This document shows positions 28,598-37,912 of a stretch of 64,000 nucleotides of DNA, in pieces (positions within the stretch are counted from its first letter, which is position 1; each line of letters starts with the position of its first letter). A program made the position numbers and the translations under genes. The notes beneath the pieces were generated by a model. It saw nothing but the letters and a program-made list of their open reading frames with translations. It had not been told where the DNA came from and did no database searches. Source of the DNA: Thermoanaerobaculia bacterium. Lineage in GTDB: Bacteria; Acidobacteriota; Thermoanaerobaculia; Gp7-AA8. The DNA is taken from contig DASYGV010000086.1 of assembly GCA_035999335.1 (NCBI GenBank), positions 66,991 through 130,990 of the forward strand. The letters are read 5' to 3'.

Positions 28598-28712
28598 GTA
28601 TCTGTGGAGTGCGGCGGCAGGGCCGCCGCTTTCGAACAACGCGGCAAGAGCGCTGCCGTTCCGTTCCTGCCACGCATTCGAAAGCGGCGGCCTTGGCCGC
28701 CGCACTCCATAT
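28598..28712. repeat. palindromic element with about 30-bp arms (…ggccgccgctttcgaa … ttcgaaagcggcggcc…)
   Basis: Inverted repeat visible in the sequence. Intergenic between the crotonase start and the S8 peptidase stop. Confidence 0.75.
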
Positions 28713-31078
28713 CACCGCGCGGATCGCCGCTTCGGCTTGTGCGTCTCCGGGAACGTGGGCGTGAACGAATACTGTGGCTCGACGCCGAGCGCGCCCGCGG
28801 CCTCGATCTTCAGCGTCATCGGCCCCGGCTCGACATTTGCGGTCAACGTCGCCGACGAAAACGCGGGGATGGCCTGCGTCCCAAGGAGCGTCGCGCGCAG
28901 TGGCGTGTCGCCGGTCGTGATCGTGACGGTCACCGTGCCGCTGGCCGTCACGTCGAACTTGTAGAGATCGACGTCGCCTGGCGCGCAGAGACCGGCGGCG
29001 ACGAGTTGTCCGGACACGAGATTGCCGTACGCGCCATCCCTTTCCTGCACATCGGTGCACGGCCGCGCGTAACGCACGTTCGTCACGAGCACCGCAGTCT
29101 GCGGACCTTCCATCACGTTCGTGCCAGTGGCGATCACGCGATACACGCCCGGCGTGGCGTTCGCGATCTCCACCATCTCGGTGACATCGACCCCATTCAC
29201 GCCGCGCGTCGCGTTCGCGCTCACTTGGTCCTTGTTCAGCGTCCACGGGAGAATCGTGTTGCCCGCGGGGTCGATGATCTTCAGATCGAGATCGTTGATC
29301 AGCGACTTCGCCGCGACGTCGTCGCCGCCGAGGAACGGGATCGCGGGATCGGGCCAGTTCAGGACGACGCGCACGTTCTGCGGTTGATCGACGACGACAA
29401 GACTCTCGTGTGTCGCTCCCTGCGCGAGCGACAGCGTCCGGATGCGATCGTTCAGGATCAGATCGACCGACGCCTTGGCGTTCACGAGGCCGAAGCCGTA
29501 CGTGTAGTCGGGACCGGGATTGCCGAGATCGTCGGTACCGGCGATGAGCAACGCCTTCAACTGCGCGGGAGTGGGATTCGTGCCGGGATGTGAGCGGTGC
29601 CATTGCTCGGCGAGCAGAGCGGCGATGCCCGTCACGGCGGGCGCGGACATAGACGTGCCGCTCGACGTCCCATAACCGTTGCTCGGGATGCTCGACAGAA
29701 CGCCGACGCCGCGCGCGACGACTTCCGGCTTCACGCGCCCGTCCTTCGCGGGACCACGCGAGCTGAACGACGCGGGATTGAAGCTCGAGTCGATCGCGCC
29801 GACGGAGATCACGTTCTTCGCCGACGCGGTGGCGCCGATCGTGTCGAACGGCGTCTGCGGATGATGCGGAGTCACTTCGCACCCGGCGTTGCAGAACGAC
29901 ACGCAATCGCTGCCGCTGCCGTTGCGCGACACGCAGAACCTTTGTCCTGGGATCTCATCGCCGTTGTCGTCGACGTGGTAATGCATCTGCCACGGATCGA
30001 GGCGCAGCGACGGCGGCAGCGAGCCGTCGTTTCCGGCGGAGTGGACGAAGAGGATGCCGCGCTCGTTCGAGATCTCGTCGAGCGGCGCGGAGTAGAGCAG
30101 GTCGTACGCGCCCCAGTACGCGTCGCCCGCGTTCCACACCGGCTGCGCGCCGTCCTGCCAGCCGAGGATCCAGCCCCAGGAGTTGTTGTCGACGATGACG
30201 CCGAGAGGCGCGAGCCGCTCGTCTTTGAGTGTGAGCCAGTTCCCTTCGCACGCGTTGCTCGGATGATCGCGCACGCAGAACTGATGAATCGTCACTCCGG
30301 GTGCCATCCCTCGGGCGTCCGCGCGTACGCCCGACGCGCCGATCGTTCCGGCGACGTGCGTCGCATGTCTGCGGTCGCCGAGCGTGCCGCCGATCGTCGT
30401 TGGCGCGAGCTGCAGGCGTCCGCCGAACTCGACGTGCGAGGTCTGCGCCTCCGCGAGCTCGAAGAGCGAGACCGCGACTCCGGCTCCGGTGAGTCGGTGC
30501 GCGGCGTGGACGTCCTTCACGTGCGACAGCGTCGCGGTGGTGGCGTTTTCGGTGGCGATCCTGAAGCGGCGCGGACCGGCGACGGCGAGCACGCGCTCAT
30601 CGGATGCGAGCGCCTCGAGCGCGGTCGGCGGGACTCTCGCCTCGATGCGTCGCGAGGGGATAAAGCGCGAAGCGAAGATGTCCATCGAGCCGCCCGCGGC
30701 GAGAATCGCCGCGCGCGCCTCGTCGAAGGGGACGTCGCGATGGAAGATCACGTTGAGCTCCGCCAGTCCTCGGGCGTTGGCGGCTTCTCTCCAGGCTGAA
30801 GGGTGGATCTTCTTTTCGGCGGTGAGAGGCTCGATCTGTGCGTCGGTGGCGAATCCGCGTGCGAGGTAACGGCCTCCCGGGAGCGCGTGGCGGATCGTGA
30901 GTCCGCGAGCGGCGAGCTCCGCGCGATCGGCGTCGGTCAGCGCGCGCGGAACGTGGAGGATGACGTCAGCGTGGGCGATGCTCGTGAAGAGAAAGAGGGC
31001 AAGCACTCCCGCCGCCCACCCCGGGGGTGGCGGCGCGGGACGCCGCCACGACAGCCGGCGAGGACGCCAGCGCTCCAT
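28712..31078 (-). CDS. S8-family subtilisin-like serine peptidase with C-terminal PPC-like domain
   Basis: Catalytic triad motifs: D in LTGAGVAVSLFE, HATHVAGTIG, GTSMSAPAVTGIAALL. Signal peptide present. Confidence 0.8.
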   Translation of the reverse strand: MERWRPRRLSWRRPAPPPPGWAAGVLALFLFTSIAHADVILHVPRALTDADRAELAARGLTIRHALPGGRYLARGFATDAQIEPLTAEKKIHPSAWREAANARGLAELNVIFHRDVPFDEARAAILAAGGSMDIFASRFIPSRRIEARVPPTALEALASDERVLAVAGPRRFRIATENATTATLSHVKDVHAAHRLTGAGVAVSLFELAEAQTSHVEFGGRLQLAPTTIGGTLGDRRHATHVAGTIGASGVRADARGMAPGVTIHQFCVRDHPSNACEGNWLTLKDERLAPLGVIVDNNSWGWILGWQDGAQPVWNAGDAYWGAYDLLYSAPLDEISNERGILFVHSAGNDGSLPPSLRLDPWQMHYHVDDNGDEIPGQRFCVSRNGSGSDCVSFCNAGCEVTPHHPQTPFDTIGATASAKNVISVGAIDSSFNPASFSSRGPAKDGRVKPEVVARGVGVLSSIPSNGYGTSSGTSMSAPAVTGIAALLAEQWHRSHPGTNPTPAQLKALLIAGTDDLGNPGPDYTYGFGLVNAKASVDLILNDRIRTLSLAQGATHESLVVVDQPQNVRVVLNWPDPAIPFLGGDDVAAKSLINDLDLKIIDPAGNTILPWTLNKDQVSANATRGVNGVDVTEMVEIANATPGVYRVIATGTNVMEGPQTAVLVTNVRYARPCTDVQERDGAYGNLVSGQLVAAGLCAPGDVDLYKFDVTASGTVTVTITTGDTPLRATLLGTQAIPAFSSATLTANVEPGPMTLKIEAAGALGVEPQYSFTPTFPETHKPKRRSAR

Positions 31079-31079
31079 G

Positions 31080-33533
31080 TTACGGACGGACCGTGCGGCG
31101 TCTGGGCTGGTGAGTCTCGGAGAATGCCGGCACGAATGTGTACTGCGGCTCGACCCCGATCGCTCCCTCGCCCTCGATCTTCAGCGTCACTGCATTCGGG
31201 ACGGTGTTCGCGTCCGCGTTCAGCGTCGCCGTCGAGTTGGCGGCGATGACTTGCGTGCGCGAGATGCCGGTGCCGGTGAGTGTCGCGCGGAGCGCCGTGT
31301 CGCCGGTCGTGATCGTGACGCTGACCGGGCCGGTCTTGGTCACGTTGAACTTGTAGAAGTCGATGTCGCTCGCCGAGCAGAGGCCCGCGGCGACGAGCTG
31401 CCCCGCGACAAGGTTGCCGTACGCGGTCGCGGCGGTGTTGTTGCCGCTCACTTCCTGCACGTCCAGGCACGGACGCGCCGTGCGCGCGTTTGCGACGAAC
31501 ACCGCGTTCTGCGGTCCCTGCAGGACGCTCGTGCCGGTCGCGATGACGCGATAGACGCCCGGCGCCGCATTCGCGATCTCTACCATCTCTACGTTGTCGA
31601 CGTTGTTCACGCCTTTCGTGGCGTTCGCCTGGAAGTCTGCCTTGTCCAACTTCCACGGGAGCACCGTGGCGCCGGAAGGATCGATCACACGCAGGTCGAG
31701 GTTGTTGATCAGCGCCTCATCGGCAACATCGTCGCCGCCGAGGTACGGGATCGCGGGGTCGGACCAATTGAGGACGACGCGGAGGTTCTGCGTCGCGCTG
31801 ACGACGACGGCCATCTCGTGCTGCTGCCCCTGGCCCGCGGCGAAGGTCAGAGTCCGGATGCGCTCCTTCTTCCCCTGGTCCGCGAGAATGAGATCGACCG
31901 AATTCTTCACGTTGACGAGACCGAAGCCGTACGTGTAGTCGGGACCCGGATTGCCGAGATCCTCGGTGCCGGCGACGATCAGCGCCTTCACCGTCGACGC
32001 GGAAGGCTTCGTTAAGTTGGTGCGCTTCCACTGCTCGGTGATGAGCGCCGCCATGCCGGTGACGGCCGGCGCGGCCATCGACGTACCGCTGCTGTTGCCG
32101 TACGAGTCCGTCGGAACGGACGAGAACACACCTGCGCCACGCGCAACGACGTCCGGCTTCACGCGTCCGTCCTTCGCGGGGCCGCGCGAGCTGAAGCCGA
32201 CGATCTCACGGCTCGAATTGACCGCACCAACGGCGATGACGTTCTTCGCCGCGGCGGTCGTGCCGAGGGTGTCGAACGGCGTGATCGAGTGATGGAGCGT
32301 CAGCTCGCAACGATTGGTCGTCGCCGTGCAATGAGCCGGGCAATCCGTGCCGCTGCCATTCTGGGAAACGCAGTGCGCCTGCCCCTTGATCTCCTCGAAA
32401 TCGTTGTCGACGTGATGGTGGGCCTTCCATGGATCGCTGGAGATCGCGGACGGAGGCGTACCGTCGTTGCCGGCGGAGTGGACGAAAAGAATGTCCTTCT
32501 CGTTCGCGATCTTGTCGATCGGCGACGCGAGAATCAGATCGTACGCGCCCCAGTAAATGTCGGTCTGGCTCCAGACGGGAAGATCGCCGTCCCACCAGCC
32601 CCACACGTAGCCCCACGAGTTGTTGTCGATGGAGACGCCGAGGGGCGCGAGGTTGTCCTGCTTCAGATCCAGCCACTCACCGGTGCAGCTGTTGCTGTCG
32701 TACTGCACGCAGAACTGCTGAATTTTGACCTTCGGCGCCATCCCCTTCGCCCCCGGGTTGACGCCCGCGGCGCCGATGGTGCCGGCAACGTGTGTCGCGT
32801 GGCGGCGGTCGCCCCCGGTGCCGCCGGCGGTGCTCGCCGGAACGAGCATGCGTCCGCCGAACTCCACGTGACTCGCTTGCGCGGCGCCGAGCTCGAACAG
32901 CGAGACCGTGACGCCGTCGCCGGTGAGGCCGTACGGTGCGGCCTGAACTACATCGGCTTTCGAAAGGGCCGCGGAGGCGGCGTTGTCGGACGCGATCTTG
33001 TACTTGCGCGGTCCAACGATCGCCAGGACCGCGTCATCCGCCGCGAGCGCGGCCAGAGAGAACGACGGAACTTTCGCCTCGATCCGCTGCGCCGGGAGAA
33101 AGTCGAGGGCGAACACGTCCATCGCACCGCCGGCCGCGAGGATCGCTGCGCGTGCCTGCTCGAAATCGACGTCGCGGTGGAAGATGACGTTGACGGTCAC
33201 GAACGGCTTTCCGGAGGCGGCGGCGCGGAGCGCGGTCGGATGGAGCTTCTTCTCGGCCGTCAGCGGCTCGATCGAACGGATGCGCGCGTCGGTGGTGACG
33301 TCCGCGTTCGCGGCCAGGCGAGCGAGGTACCGTCCGCCGGTCAGGGCGTGCTGGACGACGAGTCCCGCCTGTGCGAGCTGCGCGCGGTCGAAATCGGTCA
33401 AGTCCTTCACAGGACTGACGATGACGGCGCGTCCGCGCGGCCCGATCCGCTCGATCTCGCGCGGCGCGGATTCCGAGGCTGCAAATGCGGACAACGACAC
33501 GACGAGAGACAGGACGGCAGAGAGACGGCGCAT
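31080..33533 (-). CDS. S8-family subtilisin-like serine peptidase (tandem paralog of the preceding gene)
   Basis: Start MRRLSAVLSLVVSLSAFA. HATHVAGTIG and GTSMAAPAVTGMAALI motifs. About 55% identical to its neighbour across the catalytic domain. Confidence 0.8.
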   Translation of the reverse strand: MRRLSAVLSLVVSLSAFAASESAPREIERIGPRGRAVIVSPVKDLTDFDRAQLAQAGLVVQHALTGGRYLARLAANADVTTDARIRSIEPLTAEKKLHPTALRAAASGKPFVTVNVIFHRDVDFEQARAAILAAGGAMDVFALDFLPAQRIEAKVPSFSLAALAADDAVLAIVGPRKYKIASDNAASAALSKADVVQAAPYGLTGDGVTVSLFELGAAQASHVEFGGRMLVPASTAGGTGGDRRHATHVAGTIGAAGVNPGAKGMAPKVKIQQFCVQYDSNSCTGEWLDLKQDNLAPLGVSIDNNSWGYVWGWWDGDLPVWSQTDIYWGAYDLILASPIDKIANEKDILFVHSAGNDGTPPSAISSDPWKAHHHVDNDFEEIKGQAHCVSQNGSGTDCPAHCTATTNRCELTLHHSITPFDTLGTTAAAKNVIAVGAVNSSREIVGFSSRGPAKDGRVKPDVVARGAGVFSSVPTDSYGNSSGTSMAAPAVTGMAALITEQWKRTNLTKPSASTVKALIVAGTEDLGNPGPDYTYGFGLVNVKNSVDLILADQGKKERIRTLTFAAGQGQQHEMAVVVSATQNLRVVLNWSDPAIPYLGGDDVADEALINNLDLRVIDPSGATVLPWKLDKADFQANATKGVNNVDNVEMVEIANAAPGVYRVIATGTSVLQGPQNAVFVANARTARPCLDVQEVSGNNTAATAYGNLVAGQLVAAGLCSASDIDFYKFNVTKTGPVSVTITTGDTALRATLTGTGISRTQVIAANSTATLNADANTVPNAVTLKIEGEGAIGVEPQYTFVPAFSETHQPRRRTVRP

Positions 33534-33578
33534 GATGGTTATTTTACGTTCCAGCGATGGAATGTGGATGTCACGATG

Positions 33579-33665
33579 TGGTGCCCGAGGTCGGACTCGA
33601 ACCGACATGAGGGTTTACCTCGGCAGATTTTGAGTCTGCTGCGTCTGCCATTTCGCCACTCGGGC
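33579..33665 (-). tRNA. tRNA-Leu (anticodon CAA), type II with long variable arm
   Basis: Reverse complement: GCCCGAG-U-GGCGAAAUGGCAGACGC-AGCAGA CUCAAAA UCUGC-…-TCGGTTCGAGTCCGACC-TCGGGC-ACCA. The CAA anticodon sits in a 7-nt loop, with T-arm GTTCGAGTC and encoded CCA. Confidence 0.8.
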
Positions 33666-33672
33666 CCAAGGA

Positions 33673-34941
33673 TCAGTTCTGAGTGCTGAGTGCTGAGTGC
33701 TGAGTTGTCTCCTGCCACTTTTGTACGCAATTGTGCAGTTCTTCGTCCGTCAAAACCCGAGTCGCCGACTTCGCGAGCTGAAAGATCTCCGTCGCCAGCG
33801 ACTCTTCCTGCGGGTATCCGTGTGCGTCGAGCCAGTAGATCACATTGGACAGGCCGCACATCGGGCCGACTTCGATGATCTGCTGGAGACCGAACATTCC
33901 CGCGGGAACTCCGGAGTAAACGCGGTCGGCGAGCCAGTCGCTTCCCTTCTTCCTCGCTTTGATGATCGCGGCGGCGTGAACGCCCGTGCCGGTGCGGAAC
34001 GCGTCGCGTCCGAACACGGGATACCGGTCGTCGAGCGGGACGTTCGTCACGCGCGACACGTGCTTCACGTAATCCGGCAACGCGGTGAGGTCGTTGTCGA
34101 TCCATCCCATGAGCTTGAGGTTGACCATGAGGATGTCCATCGGCGTGTTGCCGACGCGCTCGCCGATGCCCGCGGCTGACCCATGTACGCGGTCCGCGCC
34201 CGCCTCGATCGCGGCGATGCAGTTGATCACGCCCATGCCGCGGTCTTCGTGGCCATGCCAGTCGACCTTGACTTCGGGGTTGATGCGGTCGACGAGCGCG
34301 CGCACGAAGCGGACGACGTTGCGCGCGCCCCATGGCGTCGCGTGGCCGACGGTGTCGGCGATGCAGATCCGCGCGGCGCCAGCGTCGATGGCCGCGGTGT
34401 AGAGCTTCTCGATGTCTTCCGGCTTCGCGCGCGTCGTGTCCTCGGTGACGTACATGACCGGGATGCCGTTGCTCACGGCGAAGCGGACGGCCTTCGCCGA
34501 CTGCTCGATGATCCAGTCGAGGTCCCACTCTTCGGCGAATTGGCGGATGGGCGACGAGCCGATGAAGAGATCGGCCTCGATGGCGATGCCGACGCGCTGG
34601 GAGATGTCGATGATCGGCCGGATGTCGTTCTCGTGCGTGCGCCCGGCGGCGCTGGGATAGACGGAGAGTTTCTGCTCGACGATCTCGCGCGCGAGGCGCT
34701 CCACCGTCTTCTGCACGTGCGGCCCTGCGCCGGGCAGGCCGATGTCGGCGTTGTCGATGCCGATGGCGTGCATGTAGTGAAGGATGCGCAGCTTGTCCTC
34801 GATGGACGGATCGGTGACGGAGGGCGACTGGAGTCCGTCGCGCAGGGTCTCGTCGTCGAACTCGATCCGCCGCGACGGCCGGTTGGCCTGTTCGCCGTCG
34901 ACGTTCCAGTCGTGGATCAGGTGCTCGAGGTTGTCAGGCAT
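33673..34941 (-). CDS. 2-isopropylmalate synthase / homocitrate synthase family protein (short form without LeuA regulatory domain)
   Basis: HMGL-like TIM-barrel motifs (LRDGLQSP, HGHEDRGMG, ICIADTVGHATP). 422 aa with no C-terminal LeuA dimerisation domain. Confidence 0.75.
   Translation of the reverse strand: MPDNLEHLIHDWNVDGEQANRPSRRIEFDDETLRDGLQSPSVTDPSIEDKLRILHYMHAIGIDNADIGLPGAGPHVQKTVERLAREIVEQKLSVYPSAAGRTHENDIRPIIDISQRVGIAIEADLFIGSSPIRQFAEEWDLDWIIEQSAKAVRFAVSNGIPVMYVTEDTTRAKPEDIEKLYTAAIDAGAARICIADTVGHATPWGARNVVRFVRALVDRINPEVKVDWHGHEDRGMGVINCIAAIEAGADRVHGSAAGIGERVGNTPMDILMVNLKLMGWIDNDLTALPDYVKHVSRVTNVPLDDRYPVFGRDAFRTGTGVHAAAIIKARKKGSDWLADRVYSGVPAGMFGLQQIIEVGPMCGLSNVIYWLDAHGYPQEESLATEIFQLAKSATRVLTDEELHNCVQKWQETTQHSALSTQN
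33684..33712. repeat. tandem heptamer (gagtgct x4) forming the last codons of the leuA-like gene
   Basis: ctgagtgctgagtgctgagtgctgag encodes …STQHSALSTQN* on the minus strand. Confidence 0.7.
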
Positions 34942-35013
34942 CGGGAGCGCGCAGTTTAGCCGTGCAACAGGGCTGCGCGCCATGGTCATCCCGCGGACGC
35001 GTATCCTGAACGC

Positions 35014-35514
35014 ATGCAACGCCTCGCTCCCTTCGCGTTTCTGCTCGTTCTCTTTGCCTCTTCCGCCGGGGCTGAAGATCCGCCAGCGCCGACGCGCCTC
35101 CTGACGGACAACGTGGGAATCCTGAAATCGTCGGAGGTGAAGGAGCTGGAGCGCATGCTTTCAGCCATCGAGAAATACGAGCTGGCGAAGGCAATCGTCT
35201 ACATCGATCGCGCGGTTCCGCCGTCGGAGACCCTCGAGGCGTACACGCTCCGTCTCGCGAGCGCGTGGAAGGTGGGCGACGCCAACCGCGATGATGGCAT
35301 CGTGATCTTCGTCTTCGTCGACGACCGGCGCATGCGAATCGAAGTCGGCCTCGGGCTGGAGGAGGTCCTCACGAATGATGAAGCGAGGAACATCATCGAC
35401 AACAAGCTGAAGCCGGCCTTCCGTGATGGACGATTCGCGCAGGGCCTGGCGAGTGCGCTCCAATCGATGGCGCAGGTGCTCGATGTGGGGCGGGCTCGCG
35501 CCCGCCGCCCGTAA
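35014..35514 (+). CDS. TPM-domain (TLP18.3/Psb32-like) secreted protein
   Basis: Signal peptide. RDDGIVIFVFVDDRRMRIEVGLGLE matches the TPM-domain core (…DNGVLLLV.V.DR.VRIEVG.GLE). Confidence 0.7.
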   Translation: MQRLAPFAFLLVLFASSAGAEDPPAPTRLLTDNVGILKSSEVKELERMLSAIEKYELAKAIVYIDRAVPPSETLEAYTLRLASAWKVGDANRDDGIVIFVFVDDRRMRIEVGLGLEEVLTNDEARNIIDNKLKPAFRDGRFAQGLASALQSMAQVLDVGRARARRP

Positions 35515-35549
35515 CGCCTACTTCCCCTGAACGCGGCGATCATCGCTGT

Positions 35550-36155
35550 TCAGCGGACACTATGCCGTCGGTGATGTTGGAGTCGTGCCCATTGACGCAT
35601 CAGGCGCGGTGACCGCTCGGGGAGCTCGATTCTCAGCCTGAGATCGAGCGTGTTTCCGGCAATCGCCAGCACGACGGGAATGACCTCGAACCGTCCGCCG
35701 GTCCGTTGGCGCCGTTGATCCAGCTGCCGCTTGCTCTCCAGGATGGCCTTGAACGAAGAGATCGCACGGATAATCTTTCCGATCGCTTCGTTCGTCGTGA
35801 GGCGGCGCCGGTCGAAGGTGAGTGACGTCGCGAAGTTACGGAACATCCCGTCTGTGCGGACACCTGCCTCCACCAGCGGAAGAAGCGGGGCGTGCATGGC
35901 AAACGCCATTGCCATCTCTTCGCGCACCGACGCCGGCATCGCAAACTCTGTTTCCGACAGACGATCGCGGCATGTGGCAATGGCTATCACTCCATCGCTG
36001 TGACGCATGAGCTGTCGCGCCTCGGCGGGTGGGGCTGCGGCTGCCGCCGTATCGACCGTCACGCACTGCAAACCCAACCCCTGGCAGACGGTCCTGATCA
36101 ACTCGACGACGTCCGCGTCTTCCGACGAAAGCGAACAGGAGAGAAATACCTGCAT
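35550..36155 (-). CDS. TIR-like (flavodoxin-fold) domain protein, hypothetical
   Basis: MQVFLSCSLSSEDADVVELIRTVCQGLGLQCVTVD…SDGVIAIATCRD follows the box1/alphaA/betaB spacing of TIR and TIR-like (DUF1863-type) domains. Lower GC (about 60%) than its flanks. Confidence 0.4.
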   Translation of the reverse strand: MQVFLSCSLSSEDADVVELIRTVCQGLGLQCVTVDTAAAAAPPAEARQLMRHSDGVIAIATCRDRLSETEFAMPASVREEMAMAFAMHAPLLPLVEAGVRTDGMFRNFATSLTFDRRRLTTNEAIGKIIRAISSFKAILESKRQLDQRRQRTGGRFEVIPVVLAIAGNTLDLRLRIELPERSPRLMRQWARLQHHRRHSVR

Positions 36156-36181
36156 GGTTCCAGCGATCGTTTTTACAACAT

Positions 36182-36961
36182 TTACCTGCCGCTGAAGTTT
36201 GCCACACGCTTCTCCAGGAACGCGGCCATCCCTTCCTTCATGTCCTCCGTCGACGCGAGAAGGGCGAACAGCGTCGCCTCGAGGAACTGCCCTTCTTCCA
36301 TCGGCATCTCGCTGCCGCTCATCACCGCTTCGATCGCAGCGCGTACCGCGAGCGGGCCACGTTTCGCGATGGTCCGGCCCATCGCTTCGGCCGTGTTCAT
36401 GAGCTGATCGGCGGGAACGACTTTATTCACCAGGCCGATGCGCTCCGCTTCCACGGCGTCGACGCGGTCGCCGGTGAGGATCAGCTCGAGCGCTTTTCCT
36501 TTCCCGAGCAGACGCGCCATCCGCTGCGTCCCGCCGTAGCCGGGAATGATCCCCAGCGTGACCTCGGGGAGTCCGAGCTGTGCTCTCTCCGAGGCGATGC
36601 GGATGTGACACGCGAGCGCGAGCTCGCAGCCGCCGCCAAGGGCGAAGCCGTTGATCGCCGCGATCACGGGCTTCGGGAAGCGCTCGATCGAGCGGAACAC
36701 GCGCTGCCCTTTCTCCGCTACCGCCTTGCCGGTGATCGGCGTCATCTGCGCGAGCTCGTTTATGTCCGCGCCCGCGACGAACGCCTTCTCGCCGCTGCCG
36801 GTGAGGATGACGCAACGCACCGATTCGTCGTCGCGCGCAGCCGCAAATGCCTGCCCGATCTCCTCGACCGTCTGCGCATTGAGCGCGTTGAGGACCTTGG
36901 GGCGGTCGATGGTGATGATGAGGAGGTTGTCTTTGTTTTCTGTGCGAACGTTGTCCATCAT
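36182..36961 (-). CDS. enoyl-CoA hydratase (crotonase)
   Basis: LLIITIDRPKVLNALN…CVILTGSGEKAFVAGADI…GGGCELALACHIRIA. Confidence 0.85.
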   Translation of the reverse strand: MMDNVRTENKDNLLIITIDRPKVLNALNAQTVEEIGQAFAAARDDESVRCVILTGSGEKAFVAGADINELAQMTPITGKAVAEKGQRVFRSIERFPKPVIAAINGFALGGGCELALACHIRIASERAQLGLPEVTLGIIPGYGGTQRMARLLGKGKALELILTGDRVDAVEAERIGLVNKVVPADQLMNTAEAMGRTIAKRGPLAVRAAIEAVMSGSEMPMEEGQFLEATLFALLASTEDMKEGMAAFLEKRVANFSGR

Positions 36962-37845
36962 TTCACCCGATCGAACGGCACGGGCTTCTCGCCCGAATAG
37001 TCATAGAACCCCGTGCCGGTCTTGTTGCGGCCGAGGCGTCCCGCGAGGACCATCTTGCGGAGGAGCGGCGGGGCGGCGAAGCGTTTCTCCTGATACTCCT
37101 CGTACATCACGTGAGTGATGTAGTACGTCGTGTCGAGACCGACGAAGTCGAGGAGCTGGAACGGTCCCATCGGATAGCCGCAGCCGAGCATCATCGCCTT
37201 GTCGATGTCCTCGATCGAGCCGACGCCTTCCTCGTATGCGCGGATCGCGTCGAGGATGTACGGCACGAGCAGGCGGTTCACGATGAAGCCGGAGTTGTCG
37301 CGGCACGACACCGCTTCCTTGCCCAGCGATTTTGCGAACGCGAACGCGGTATCGAACGTTTCGTCCGTCGTGAGGATCGTACGCACGACCTCGACGAGCT
37401 TCATCAGCGGAACGGGGTTGAAGAAGTGCATGCCGACGAACTGCTTCGGCCGCGCGGTCGCCATCGACAGCTCGGTGATCGTCAGCGACGACGTGTTCGA
37501 AGCGAAGATCGCCGACGGCTTCACGAGCTTGTCGAGCTCCGCGTAGGTGTCCTTCTTGAGCTGCGCGTTCTCGATGATCGCCTCGATCACGATGTCGCAA
37601 TCGGCGAAGTCGTCGAGACTCGTCGTCCCTTTCAGGCGCCCCATGCAGGCGTCCATGTCCGCCTGCTGCATCTTTCCCTTCTCCACGAACTTCGACAGCG
37701 ACTTCCGGATCCCGGCCAGGCCCTTGTCGAGGAACTTCTGCTCGACCTCGCGGACGACGACGTCGTATCCCGCCTGGGCGGCCACCTGAGCGATGCCCGA
37801 GCCCATGAGGCCGCAGCCGAGCACGCCCACCTTCTTGATCTCCAT
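36958..37845 (-). CDS. 3-hydroxyacyl-CoA (3-hydroxybutyryl-CoA) dehydrogenase
   Basis: Start MEIKKVGVLGCGLMGSGIAQV (Rossmann GxGxxG), with an SD gaagga upstream. The C-terminal 3HCDH_C domain is present. Confidence 0.9.
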   Translation of the reverse strand: MEIKKVGVLGCGLMGSGIAQVAAQAGYDVVVREVEQKFLDKGLAGIRKSLSKFVEKGKMQQADMDACMGRLKGTTSLDDFADCDIVIEAIIENAQLKKDTYAELDKLVKPSAIFASNTSSLTITELSMATARPKQFVGMHFFNPVPLMKLVEVVRTILTTDETFDTAFAFAKSLGKEAVSCRDNSGFIVNRLLVPYILDAIRAYEEGVGSIEDIDKAMMLGCGYPMGPFQLLDFVGLDTTYYITHVMYEEYQEKRFAAPPLLRKMVLAGRLGRNKTGTGFYDYSGEKPVPFDRVK

Positions 37846-37912
37846 GTTGACTCCTTCAGTTTTTGGCGGGCGCATTCTATATGTCGGAGTCCGCCGCTTA
37901 GAATGCGCCTCC

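Noticed and set aside
33540-33720. Possibility that the tRNA-Leu is the attachment site of an integrated element with the S8 genes as cargo
   Set aside because: No direct repeat of the tRNA 3' end and no integrase is visible in the window, and the protease genes have background GC. This is kept only as a low-interest note.
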